Positions 49,700 to 62,538 of a stretch of DNA of 64,000 nt are shown here, piece by piece. The notes below the pieces were generated by a model. It ran no database searches, was not told where the DNA came from, and saw only the letters and a list, made by a program, of their open reading frames with translations. Where the stretch lies: positions 56,358,001 through 56,422,000 of the forward strand of contig OZ336873.1 of assembly GCA_965287045.1 (NCBI GenBank), written 5' to 3'. The translations under genes were made by a program, and so were the position numbers. This stretch comes from Carcharhinus amblyrhynchos (taxonomy: Eukaryota). Numbering within the stretch: the stretch's first letter is position 1; the number at the start of each line of letters is the position of its first letter.

Positions 49700-52100
49700 G
49701 AGGTTAAAACATCCTTTTGGATCTGGTGTTATGTAATGAGGCAGGTAGAATTAGGGACCTTGTGGTGAAGGATCCTCTTGGGAAGAGTGATCATTGTATC
49801 GTGGAGTTTCTGATGCAGATGGAGGAGGAGAAAGTGGGTTCCCGGACCTGTGTTCTTTGTTTGAACAGAGGGGAGTACGATAGGATGAGAGAGGAATTGG
49901 CGAATGTTGATTGGGGGTGCACATTGGAAGGTAGGTCTGCTGAGGAACAGTGGAGGTTCTTTAAGGAGATCTTTCTTGGTGCTCAGCAGAAATTTATTCC
50001 GATAGTTAAAAAAGGATCGTAGGAGGAGAGATAATCAGCCGTGGATAACGAAGGAGGTAAAGGAGAGTATTAAATTAAAAGCTGATGCGTTCAGAGTGGC
50101 TAAGAGTAATGGGCGAGAAGAGGATTGGGAGAGGTTTAAATATCAACAAAGAATGACAAAGAAGTTGATAAAGAAAGGAAGGATAAACTATGAAGCTGGG
50201 CTAGCGCTAAATATAAAAAAGGATAGTAAGAGTTTTTATACATATATGAAAAGGAAGAGGCTGGCTAGGGTGAACGTTGGACCCTTAGAGGATGAGAGGG
50301 GGGACTTAATGGTGGGGGATGAGGAAATGGATGAGGCCTTGAATAACTTTTTTGTTTCGGTCTTCACGGAGGAGGACGTGAATAGTTTGCCGGGTGTTAA
50401 CGATGGAAAGATTTTAGGAGTGGAGGGCCTGAATGACGTTATTGTTACTAGAGAGGCAGTGCTAGACAGACTGGAGGGACTGACTGTGGACAAGTCCCCA
50501 GGACCGGATGGAATGCATCCAAGGGTTCTGAAAGAAATGGCGGAGGTGACAGTGGATGCCTTGATGATTATTTTCCAAACCTCGCTGGATTCCGGGGAAG
50601 TGCCGGAAGATTGGAAAATGGCTAATGTTACGCTGTTGTTTAAAAAGGGTAGCAGGCAAAAGGCAGGGAATTATAGGCCGGTTAGTTTAACGTCTGTTGC
50701 AGGTAAAAAGCTCGAATCCATAATCAAGGAGAAAATAGCAAGGCATCTTGAGGAGAATTGTTTGACAGAGTAGATGCAGCACGGTTTCATTAAAGGAAGT
50801 CGTGTCTGACGAATTTATTGGAATTCTATGAGGATGTGTCTAGTGCAGTGGATAGAGGAGAACCGGTGGATGTGGTGTTTCTTGATTTTCAAAAGGCATT
50901 TGATAAGGTGCCACACAAGAGGTGGTTACAGAAAGTTAGGGGGTATGGAGTTGGGGGTAGGGTGTTAGCATGGATAGAGGATTGGCTGTCAACTAGGAGG
51001 CAGAGAGTGGGGGTCAATGGGTGCTATTCGGATTGGCGGTTGGTGACTAGTGGAGTGCCCCAGGGATCGGTGCTGGGGCCTCAGCTATTTGCCATTTATA
51101 TAGATGATCTGGAGGAGGGAACCGAGTGTAAGGTGTTCAAATTTGCTGATGACACAAAGATTGGTGGAAAGGCAAATCGTGCGGAGGCTGTGGAAAGTCT
51201 GCAGAGGGATCTAGATAGGCTGGGCGAATGGGCGAGGAACCGGCAAATGGAATTTAATGTTGGCAAGTGTGAGGTTGTCCACTTTGGTAGGAATAATGGT
51301 AGGAAGGACTGCTACTAACATGGCGAAAGGCTGCAGCATTCTACGGTGCAGAGGGACCTCGGGGTCCCTGTGCATGAGTCGCAAAAACCCAGCCTGCAGG
51401 TGCAACAGGTGGTCAGGAAGGTGAATGGGATGCTGGCCTTCATAGCGAGGGGGATTGAATATAAATCTAGGGAGGTCTTGCTGCAACTGTACAGGGCACT
51501 GGTGAGGCCGCAGCTGGAGTACTGTGTGCAGGTTTAGTCGCCGCACTTACGCAAGGATATTTTGGCCTTGGAGGGAGTGCAGAGGAGGTTTGCTAGGCTG
51601 ATACCGGAGTTGAGGGGGTTGAGCTATCAGGAGAGGCTGAATAAACTAGGCTTGTACTCGTTGGAGTTTAGAAGAATGAAGGGAGATCTCATTGAGACAT
51701 ATAAGATGATGAATGGGATGGATAGGATAGAGGTGGAGAGGCTCTTCCCGCTCAGAAAGGACAGTAGGATTAGAGGGCACAGCCTCAGGATAAGCGGGGG
51801 GGAGGGGGGGGGGTGGGGGGGGTGCAGTTTGGAACGGAGTTGAGGAGGAAGTTCTTCACTCAAAGGGTGGTGAATCTGTGGAATTCTCTGCTTGTTGAAG
51901 TGGTGGAGGCTGCCTCGCTAAATATATTTAAGACGCGGGTAGATAGGTTTTTGATAGGCAAGGGGATTAAGGGTTATGGGGAGAAGGCGGGAAAGTGGAA
52001 CTGAGCCACTTCAGATCAGCCATGATCTTATTGAATGGCGGGGCAGGCTCGAAGGGCTAGATGGCCTACTCCTGCTCCTATTTCTTATGTTCTTATGCTC
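49700..52100 (+). mobile_element. Young CR1 LINE ORF2 (end of endonuclease, RT, 3' end) with few disablements
   Basis: [35 protein letters not shown] and FADDTK; ttcttatgttcttatg tail. Confidence 0.95.
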
Positions 52101-52130
52101 TTTTTCCTTCAAACTGCATGCAAAGTTTGC

Positions 52131-52490
52131 TCATTGAATCCATTCAGTGCAGAAGGAGGCCATTCTTCCCACTGACTCTGCACCGACATTCTGACAGGGT
52201 ACTTTGGCCAGGCCCTCACCCCGGCCTATCCCCATAACGCTGCATGACTTACCATGGCTAATCCATCTAACCCACATATCATGGGACACTAAGAGGCAAT
52301 TTAGCATGGCCAATGCACCTAAGCTGCAAAACTTTGGAGCCTGCGACGAAACCAGAGGACCCGCAGGAAACCCCACAGACACAAAGAGAATGTACTAACG
52401 TCACACAGGCAGTCAGGCAAGGCCAGAATGGAATCCGGATCCTTGGCGCTGTGAAGCAGCAGTACTAACCACTTTTCCACCATGCTGCCC
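52131..52490 (-). mobile_element. HE1-like V-SINE
   Basis: Minus strand gggcagcatggtggaaaagtggttagtactgctgcttcacagcgcc...gccatgctaaattgcc. Confidence 0.85.
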
Positions 52491-55400
52491 ATATCATATC
52501 ATTGCTGCTGCTACATCAGGGTGCCTTCACAATGAGAACATTAATTGCTCCAATCTCGTTGCATAATACCAGGCCTAGCATAGCCTTGTCTCTGGTTGGG
52601 TGCAGAACATATTATTCTAAGCAACTTTCCAAAAGACATTCAATGAACAGCTCAACCAGGCTACCTTTGTCCTTCTGACTTTTCTCGTCCATATGTAAAC
52701 TAAAATCTTCCACGATTACCATTGTACCTCTATAAGAAGCTCCAATTATTTTTCCCTTTATGCCACCCTACCATGTGATTACTGTTCGAGGGCCTGTACA
52801 CAACTCCCACAAGTGACTTCTGACATTTACCATTTCTCAACGGGACCCAAATCATTTCATCGTCCCGATTTTCTGAATTTCGGACATCTATTCTATTGCG
52901 TTCATACAATCTTTAACTTATAGAACCACTGGTTTACATTTGTCAGGCTTGCTGCCGTCTCTAAATATCTTCTGCCTTTCATTAGTAAATTCTCAAAACA
53001 TGTCCTGTTGCGGTCATGCCCCTGTAGATCCTCCAAATTCGGTGGCAAAAATGGTGATCCAATAACACCATCATCTCCCAAGGTAAATATTGAACGTCGA
53101 GACACTAATCACTCCAAACCGTTTCCGCCCGACTGGACATAACCGCTCTTCTAGGAAATCGATCTCTGCAGGAACCTCCCAGGATAGACCCCCAGGAGGA
53201 GAGCAGACGTATTTTTTGGATGTTCCGAAAGATTCGCAAATGGGTCAAATATGCCGACTGACTCATGTGTGAACCAGGCTTAAGCATAACGAAAATTCAG
53301 AAGGTTCTTTGGGAATGAACCAATAACATCGGGCGCATTCATCGCCTTGTGCGCAATTACACTTGAGGCTGCGCAAAAAGCGCAGGAGCCTCCGGGCAAA
53401 TTATCTAATCAATCCCTCAGGATCACCTTTTATACGTGTGCCAGGGTGTGCAGATCACACATGGGGCTTATCAACCATCTCGGAACCTATCGACCTGCAG
53501 TAGGAACAAGTCACCCTTGATCCCGAAGGATTATCTATGGGAAAGAGAAAAAGAACATTGCAAGACAGCTTCAATGTGATCTGCATTTCCATCATTCATC
53601 AGAACTCGACCAAGCATCCCAAGTGTTGTACATGATAATCTAACTGTAGAATCTCTACATTATTCGGCCCACTGAGTCTGCACCGTCTCTCAGAAACAGC
53701 ATCATACTCAGGCCTCCCCGCTGCCTATCCCCGCAAATTCAGCAAATCTGATCTTGGATACGAAGAGCAAAATCATTGTAACCACTTTGAATTTCGGCAA
53801 TCTAATTTAAATCTCCCACATTGTAACTGGGAGTCAATAAACAATTCATTCAGACATGATTTTTGAAGCATTTTGTGCGTCGTCTGGACTGAAAATAAGT
53901 GGTCTGATTGCTTCGTATTCTCTTTCGTACAGTTTGAATATGTCGTTGTTTTTAAGAACCAACCCATAATAAACCTGAAGGAAGAACTTTTCTGTCGGTG
54001 TTTACTGATAATAAGATTTTCCAACAAGGATCAAATTTGCAACACTAATTGTTATGCCGTGACCCTGTTTTTTAAAAAAGTGAACAAACTGTTCAGCGAT
54101 TGCTTGTATTTAATTATATTGTATACTCCATTTACTTTTCTAATAATTACAGACAGGATAATGTTATTCGGCCTGAAGTGCCTATGCGTGTTTAATCGAT
54201 TTTCGCACTCCAATTTAATCCCAATAGCGCGTCAAATTAGCCTTCCTCATGTGCATGTCCAACTGCCTTCAGAAATACCCTCTGAAATCCAATTCCAATA
54301 CTCTTTCAGGTAACGCATTCCAAAACTTAAATCTTTGTTTGAAACCAATTCTCTTCATTTCCTTTCAGGTCACCTTTCCAACTATTTTGGCATATTTCTG
54401 TGACTTCTCGTAACTGACCCAACAGTTTTAAACTGGAGTTGTTTAATTCGGGTCTAGATAGTTTTGATCTGGTGGGGGATTGCAACATATTTCAGGCAGT
54501 CCGCATGTTCGAATTCTCATGTATGCTATTGAAATGTAGCGATGCAGAGAAGATTTTGACCGTTTGGTTTATGCACCTGTCAAATTTATTTGTACAGCGG
54601 GACAAGTGCGCGACGCTCCCCTGCAAAGAACAAGTTGTGGTCTATTACTTCACTTCTCCATAGCAACAATACAATTTTAAATATAGCTCATTGCAACATC
54701 GTGCGGTACCGCCACATATATATCAACAAGAGTCACGATCACAATCAACCACCTGCATTTTATTTCTTAGCATCCATACCTAAATTCGTCTATCCTGAAG
54801 ATAGATTATCGGAGCCTTTCTAATGTTTTTCGAAATTATGCAAAATATAAAGTTAATCGCAGACATGATTTTGCTATCCCTCGTCGACAAAGACGTTACA
54901 TGACTTCCACGCTGTTTCTCCATAGATTGCAACACTCTTCCGCTTATCATATCGGATCCAGAAATGTTTTTTGTTGGCCAGTATGGTAGAATTAACACAC
55001 AACTGAATTTCCTGCAATTGTAAGTGCTTTGGCTGGAATGCATCTGCTTAAGGTTGCTCTTTTTACAGTACCATAGCCGATATTTCACTCCGCTCTGCTG
55101 TAGCAGACGGGGTGCTCACGGGGCTGAGTAGCAATGTACTGAATCGCGCGATTTTGCCGCCGAGAATCCACACGTGAAAGCGTTCAGGTTACAGGAAAGA
55201 CTGTACCATTTTGTACTGTCATTGTAGCAGCTGTCCTCAAGGCAGGCAGACATTGAATGAAGTGTTTTTTTTGTGGTCACTGACTGATTGGACGTTGATT
55301 GAACGAATGCCTTTTACTGATTAGGGTCACTGAATGGTGCATGAGGTCTTGCAGGCCGCATGCAGGCGGTGTGTGGCACGTTCTGTGCAGCGTATTTCAT

Positions 55401-56529
55401 CGATGGCCCCAAGTACAATTAACATATCCGCCTGGTGGGTTTACACATAATCGCTGACCCTCTTGAGCATAACATTGGTCATTCCTTCATCTTACAGGGA
55501 ATTGTAACCTGTGAGATCCGCATCTTCCCAGTAAATTCATGAAAGATACGCACCCATGGACATTGTAAGAAATTGTGCTCTTCTGAGGCACTGTAACTGG
55601 ACTCCCCAAACCCAATTGGTCGAGCTCGAATTGAGGTAGTGTGAATAAACTAATGATGACCTCTATGTACAGCCTCCGAGGCCATGCGGCCCATTCCCTT
55701 AGAACATAGGGACGTACAAAATAAGAGCAGGAATAAGCAATTCAGCCGCTGAAGTCTGTTGCGCCATTCAGTTCAATCATAGCTGATCTTATCTCGGCCT
55801 CATTTCCAGCTCCCCGAATTAAAAGACCATATTTCTCCTCCTTAATTTTGTTTAGTGTTGCGTCATCCATTGCAATCTGCGCGACGCTTTGAGTGAAGTA
55901 ATTCTTCCTCATTCTTGTTTTAAATCTGCTACAACTTAACCTACAACTACGGCCTTACCTTCCAGAATGCGCAATATTTTAGCACTATCCTTTGCACTAT
56001 CTTTAAAATCCACCTCAGCCAAAACCTTCCTCTTGAAATTATTCTGGTAGAAAGTATAATCCCTCCCCACCACGCCATGTTCAGCCACCCCTCCATCCAT
56101 TTCCTCCCCCACCAGCCTCTCCCACACCCGCCCCCAGCACCGCCACCGTTCAGCAGCATTTGTGTTGCTGCCGCTGTTGCTCGATTGCAACGAATCGTAA
56201 ACTTAGGGAACGCCAATGGTTATGGTGCATTTGGATTTAAAAGAAACAATTTATGAAGCTCTGTTTGTTAAACTATTAAAACTGGAGATCGTGGGATGGT
56301 CATTTTAAAAAAGCTTCACCTGAAGATTTATCAATGGACAGTAAAAAGATGTTATGAATATATTGGTTACTTTGGGTTGGTAAGCTATAAGGAACACTGC
56401 ACCACAAGGGCCAGCACATGATCTGAACTATTTATAAAGCATGCTAGCGACACATAGAATAGGACTCAATGTAAACGATCCAAGTTCACAGGCGATGCAG
56501 TTGCATGACAAAGCAAGTTGTGAAGAGGA

Positions 56530-58560
56530 TGCTAAATTGGAAAACTGAAATGGATGCAGGAAAGGCACGTGCCTGTTAGGAGGAAGGATGGGAAATGTAG
56601 GATTAGAGAGCCGTGGATTACTAGAGATACTGAGGACCTGGTCAGGAAGAAACGAGAAGCGTATGTTAGTCTAAGCAACTGGAAACGGAGACAGTGTTGG
56701 AGGAGTACAGAGAGAGTAGGAGGGATCTCAAAAGGGGAGTTAGGAGGGCAAAAAAAGGGCATGAAATGGCTTTGGCAGGTAGGATTAAGAAAAATCCAAA
56801 GGCGTTTTACTCCTATGTTAGGAACAAAAGGGTGGCTAGGAGAAAAATCGGTCCCCCCAGGGACAGACGTGGCGAATTGTGCTTAGAGGCAGAGGGAATG
56901 GGGAAGAACCTGAATGAATACTTTGAACAAAGAACAACCCAGCACGGGAAACAGGCCCTTCGGCCCAACGAAGGTCGGTATTCATGAAGGAGAGGGGCTT
57001 GATGTCTGGTACGGTCTTCGAGGGAGCGGTAGACCAATTGAAGGAACTATCGATTACGAGGGAAGAAGTGTTAGGGCTTTTAGGTAGCATTAAAACTGAT
57101 AAATCTCCAGGGCCTGATGGCAATTAACCTAGCCTGCTTAGGGAGGCGAGAGATGAAATTGCTGGGGCTCTGACGCAAATCTTTGTCTCTTCTTTGGACA
57201 CAGGTGAGGTCCCAGAGGACTGGAGGATAGCGAACGTGGTACCGTTGTTTAAAATGGGTAGGAGGGATAACCCAGGTAACTATAGGCCGGTGAGTTTGAC
57301 GTCAGTGGTAGGCAAGTTGATGGAGAGGATTCCTAGGGATAGGATATATGAGCACTTAGACCGTTGCAATCTGATTAAGGATAGGCAGCATGGCTTTTAA
57401 AGGGGAAGTCTTGCCTTACGAATCTGGTAGAATTTTTTGAGGAGGTGATAAAAACGGTCGACGAAGGACGAGCCGTTGATGTCGTCTATATGGATTTCAG
57501 TAAGGCGTTTGACAAAGTCCCTCAGGATAGGTTGGTAGAAAAAATTAAGGCTCATGGAATACAAGGCCAGGTATCTAGATGGTTTGAGAACTGGCTTGCT
57601 AAGAGGAGGCAAAGAGTAGTAGTGGAGGGGTCCTTTTCTAGCTGGAGATCTGTCAGTAGTGGTGTGCTGCAGGGCTCAGTACTGGGACCTCTTCTCTTTG
57701 TAGTATATATAAATGACTTGGAAGAGGGAGTAAGTGGTGTGATCAGCAAATTTGCAGATGACACTAAGATGGCTGGATTGGCGGGCAGTGAGGAGCAGTA
57801 TCTGGCAATACAACGGGATATTGATAGGCTGGTATATTGGGCAGATATATGGCAACTGCAGTTTAATCCTGATAAATGTGAGGTGATGCATTTTGGCCGG
57901 AATAATGTAGGGGGAAGTTATAAATGGCAAGCCTATAAAGAGTATAGAAATGCAGCGAGACCTGGGGCTGCAAGTGCACATGTCTTTGAAGGTGGCAGTA
58001 CAAGTGGAGAAGGTTGTGAAGAAAACCTATGGTATGTTAGCCTTTATAGGAAGGGGTATAGAGTATAAGGGCTGGAGTCTAATGTTGCAGTTGTATAGAA
58101 TGTTGGTTAGGCCGCATTTAGAGTTCTGGTCACCTTACTACCGGAAGACGTGGAGACTCTGGAGAGAGATCAGAGGAGGTTTACCAGGATGTTGCCTGGT
58201 ATGGAAGGACTGGGTTATGAGGAAAGACTGAGCGAGTTGGGGCTGTTTTCCCTTGAAAGACGTCGACTGAGGGGGGATCTAATAGAGGTATATAAGATTA
58301 TGAAGGGTATAGATAGAGTAAACAGAGGTAAGCTATTTCCTATGTTAGAGACACACAGGTCGAGGGGCACGGGCTTAGGGTGAGGGGGGAGAGGTATAAC
58401 ACAGATATTAGAGGGAGGTTTTTCACACAGAGGGTAGTGGGGGTATGGAATGCTCTGCCAAGTGAGGTGGTGGAGACAGGCACGCGGGAGTTGTTTTAGA
58501 GTAACTTAGACAAGCACATGAGTTGGTTGGAGATGGGAGGATATAGGAGATTGTTTTAAA
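56530..58560 (+). mobile_element. CR1 LINE ORF2 (same subfamily as 61295-64000), 5'-truncated
   Basis: QERHVPVRRKDGK, WRIANVVPLFK, DFSKAFDKVP, FADDTK and RRLRGDLIEVYK. Confidence 0.93.
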
Positions 58561-58774
58561 TAAGGTTCATTAGAATTGGGACGTCCCTGGTAATGTAAAA
58601 GGATGTGGTATGATAATAATGTTTTTCTCTTTTAATTCACAGGTTTTAAGTCTGTCCGCCTTGTTGTCCAACGAGAGGCATACACGCAATGGGTCGTACT
58701 TGGGCTGCTCTTGAATGTTCGAGAATAGCCTAGTTCTTCATGTCGTTAGCGTGTGCTTAAGCTGGACCAGATGC

Positions 58775-59112
58775 TGGGCAACACGACAGCTCAGTGACGA
58801 TCACTGTTTGCTGTGCAGACGCATGAATTTGGGCCAGGGTCTGGGGGAGTTTGCGCATTCTGCCCGTGCTTGCGTGGGTTTTCTCCGGGTGCTCTGGTTT
58901 CCTCCCATACCCCAAAGATGTGCTATTAGCTGACTGGAGGTAATAAATTGTCCCTAAATTAGTTTCCCTCAATGTGCAATGCCATAAACAATAGATAAGG
59001 GTCATGGGTGGAGGGGAGGGGGGCGGGGGGACACTGGTAATTTTAAAATGGCGGCGCGGCCTCGTTGGGCCGAAGGGCCTGTTTCCCGGGCTCTTTTTGT
59101 TCTTTGTTCTTT
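58775..59112 (+). mobile_element. HE1/V-SINE-like sequence with CR1-type tail
   Basis: ggagtttgcgcattctgcccgtgcttgcgtgggttttctccgggtgctctggtttcctccca V-domain; gggccgaagggcctgtt...(ttctttg)n. Confidence 0.75.
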
Positions 59113-59119
59113 GTAAAGG

Positions 59120-59750
59120 AATATAAACTGAAATGCGCGGTAAATAAAAATGGGAGATGGAATATAAGGCGAGGGAAAGCAAAGTTATCCAATTTGGAAT
59201 TAAGAATATGAAAAGCAGACAATGTTATTAACAGCGAGACAATAATTAATGTATATATTCAAAGAGACTTGGGTATCCTTGATCATGAATCTCAGAATCT
59301 TAAGATGCAAGTCAATAATTGCACGAAACCATGCTAGCCCTTTTGCAAATGGATTGAAGTACAACAATAGCAGTTTCCTACTATTATAATTGCCCTTTTG
59401 ATACAAATCTGCTATCCCTGAAAGACTGTGTGCAATTTCTATCTTCCTATCGATGCTTAGCTTAGATGGGCTGGAACAGAGTTAATGAACTGATTTATGT
59501 GATGAGGGTGTTGTCCTACGAGAGAGAAAATAATAGACTAGGCCTACATTCTACCTAAATGAGAAGAGTAAGTGGATTGCATATTGCAATTTACAAATTA
59601 TTGAGGAGATCCACAGAGTGGACACATTTTTAACTACTTGAAAGATGCTTCCCATTACTGCAGAATACAAAACTAAGAGTTATAGACTCAGGATAAATGG
59701 CCAGTCATTTAGGACTGAGTTGACAAGAAGTATCATGACTCCAAGATTGC
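59120..59750 (+). mobile_element. Ancient CR1 relic
   Basis: Decayed QRDLG.L.HES and 3' RT motifs. Confidence 0.5.
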
Positions 59751-59849
59751 GTTAATTTATGCCTCAAGAATAGGGAACCATTTTCTGTACAAGCGCAGTA
59801 TCAGTCTAAATGTGTGCTGTTATTTTATATGAATAAGTTTGGTTACCAA

Positions 59850-60398
59850 ACTGTGTGCAGTTTTGGGCGCCGCACCTGCGCAAAGATATTTTGGCCTTGG
59901 AGGGAGTGCAGAGGAGGTTTACTAGGCTGATACCGGAGTTGAGGGGGTTGAGCTATGAGGAGAGGCTGAATAAACTAGGCTTGTACTCGTTAGAGTTTAG
60001 AAGAATGAGGGGAGATCTCATTGAGACGTATAAGATGATGAATGGGATGGATAGGATAGAGGTGGAGAGACTCTTCCCGCTCAAAAAAGACAGTAGGACT
60101 AGGGGGCACAGCCTCAAGATAAAGGGGGGGCGGTTTAGAACGGAGTTGAGGAGGAACTTCTTCACTCAAAGGGTGGTGAATCTCTGGAATTCTCTGCCCG
60201 TTGAAGTGGTGGAGGCTGCCTCGCTAAATATTTTTAAGAAGGGGTTGATGGGTTCTTGATAAGAGAGGGGATTAAGGGTTATGGGGAGAGGGCGGGAAAG
60301 TGGAACTGAGTCACGACAGATCAGCCATGATCTTATTGAATGGCGGGGCAGGCTCGAAGGGCTAGATGGCCTACTCCTGCTCCTATTTCTTATGTTCT
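59850..60398 (+). mobile_element. Young CR1 3' end
   Basis: ORF 59855-60259, nearly identical to the 28681 copy; ttcttatgttct tail. Confidence 0.93.
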
Positions 60399-61609
60399 AA
60401 ACATACAGTGCAGTTCTTAATGAAGAGCAAGTTCTTGAATTCACTTTTATGTATCAACAATTGACGCTGGGCAACATGTTTTTGGCGAGTCAGTGAATGA
60501 TGAATGTGTAGAATCAGGCTATTTCAGTAAACGAATTTCCCAAATCCTTTGATCTCAGAAGCTGTGAATAATTGATTGATTTTTTTTGTTAAACACCAAG
60601 AAATATTTTCTGAACCACGTGCTTCAGAAGAAATCTCTTACCACATGATCTGTCGGAACAATGTGCCTGGGATTATGGGAATTTATTCCCTTAGAGCATT
60701 GCGAATCTTTGGAATATTCAACCCCCGAGAGCAGTGGAGGCTAAGTCATTGAATTACTGAATTGGACAAATTTCGACCTATCGGGGAGACAATGGTCGTG
60801 GAACAATGTTAAGAACGTGGAGTTGAGGTCAAGGTCCATGGCCTTATTGCATGAAGCAGCAACAGAATTGCACGTAGCTACAATGTATAACCTGATGTAT
60901 TGGCACTTCAGACCACTGAATAATTCCCTGGATGCTAATCAACGGTTAGTGAAGGCAATTGAAGTAACTCTTGTTACAAACCCCCGTTTTTAAAATCAAA
61001 ACTTCAATGGTTCTTGCCTACATGGTTGCAACACGTAACTCAGTCAAACACAATTGAACAAAATGGATAACACAATAACAGTGAAATCTCAAAATTGCTG
61101 TGAGGCCAAACATGTCTCCTTCGCACTGCCGATATTACTTTCAATTCTGCTGCCATTTTTGTCTGGAAAGATGATTCGGTGTTTTAAAAAAATCGGCACA
61201 TGACAGAAGCAAATTACGGAATTTACATTAATTTTATGATTCTTTAATAGGTTGTATACTTGAGTTATTCCCGTGAGGAAAAATAATGAATTTCAGCTCA
61301 CTGTTCTCTGGAGCTGTGATTTCGACGAGTGGCTGCCTTTTGGTGAGTGTGCTGCATTGTAATTACTGCATTTTGACTTACTTCTAGTTCGGGAGGGTTT
61401 TTGTTTATTTTGGCGCTCCGTAGCGGGAGATAGGCGCGGGGGCTGCTGGGAAGGGAGCGCGGGAGTATAAAAAGGCCAAGGTAGATAGCGGGCAGCGGAG
61501 TGAGGCGGGAAGCAGAGTGAGAGGTAAAAGGGCTTAAGCTCACTGGGCTTGGGCGAGCGTAGGCTCGGTAACAGGAATTAATAGGACACCTTAAAAGGGG
61601 GCAAACATA

Positions 61610-62518
61610 ATGGCAGGGCCTAGGGTTACACGTGTTCACTGTGTTCGTTGTCATATGTGGACATTTCTGGAGCCAGCACATCTCCCGAAAGCCCACATAT
61701 GCAGGAAATGTCTAGAGGTGCAGCGATTAAGGGCCTGGGTGAGGCAGCTGGAACTGAGGCTGGAGGATATGTTTTTAGTTAGGGAAAATGAGGAAATAAT
61801 GGATAGGGACAGTAACACTGAGCAGATACCAGGACCTAGGAGGAGAGATGGATGGGTTACAGTTAGGAAGAGCAAAAAGAAAAGGAGTCATGGCACTAGG
61901 ACCGCCCTGGAGGAATTACCCCAGAATATCAAGGGTGGGGTGACAGCTGGGGTAGAGAAGGCAAGGGAGGGAGATCAGAATACCTCGGAGGAAGGGAAGA
62001 GTGCAGGGTGTGAGATAGTGGTGGGGGATGGGAAAGTCAAAGGGATTGACAGGTGGTTCTGTGGGCAAAAGTGGGACTCCAGGATGGTAGTCTGCCTCCC
62101 TGGAGCAGGGGTACAGGATGTTTCAGAAAGGGTAGAGGGAATTTTGAAGGGTGGAGGGACTGAGTCTGATGTGATTGTTCCTACATCCTTCTCTCCTACG
62201 TGCACTAAGTGCAGGGGGGACATACGTATGCAGTTCAGGGAGTTGGGGGCTAGGCTGAAATGTAGGGCCTCCAGGGTGGCGTTCTCTGGGCTGCTGCTGG
62301 TGCCTGGGGCTAGCAGGGCTAGAAATAATGAGATACTCCAACTAAATGCGTGGTTGAAGGATTGGTGTAGGGCAGAGGGTTTTAGATTCGTAGACCACTG
62401 GGAAGTCTTTATGAAAGAGGGGCAAATATACAAGAGGGATGGGGTACAGTTAACTGGGAAGGGCATGCATATCTTAGCTGGAAGGTTAGCTGGAGTGTTT
62501 CGGCAGGGTTTAAACTAA
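61610..62518 (+). CDS. CR1 ORF1 protein: CxxC...CxxC zinc finger, leucine zipper, SGNH-esterase-like domain
   Basis: CVRC...CRKC, LRAWVRQLELRL, VVGDG, CLPGAGVQDV, NAWLKDWC, FVDHW, YKRDGVQL. Confidence 0.88.
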   Translation: MAGPRVTRVHCVRCHMWTFLEPAHLPKAHICRKCLEVQRLRAWVRQLELRLEDMFLVRENEEIMDRDSNTEQIPGPRRRDGWVTVRKSKKKRSHGTRTALEELPQNIKGGVTAGVEKAREGDQNTSEEGKSAGCEIVVGDGKVKGIDRWFCGQKWDSRMVVCLPGAGVQDVSERVEGILKGGGTESDVIVPTSFSPTCTKCRGDIRMQFRELGARLKCRASRVAFSGLLLVPGASRARNNEILQLNAWLKDWCRAEGFRFVDHWEVFMKEGQIYKRDGVQLTGKGMHILAGRLAGVFRQGLN

Positions 62519-62538
62519 TATGGAGGGGGGGTGGGGAG

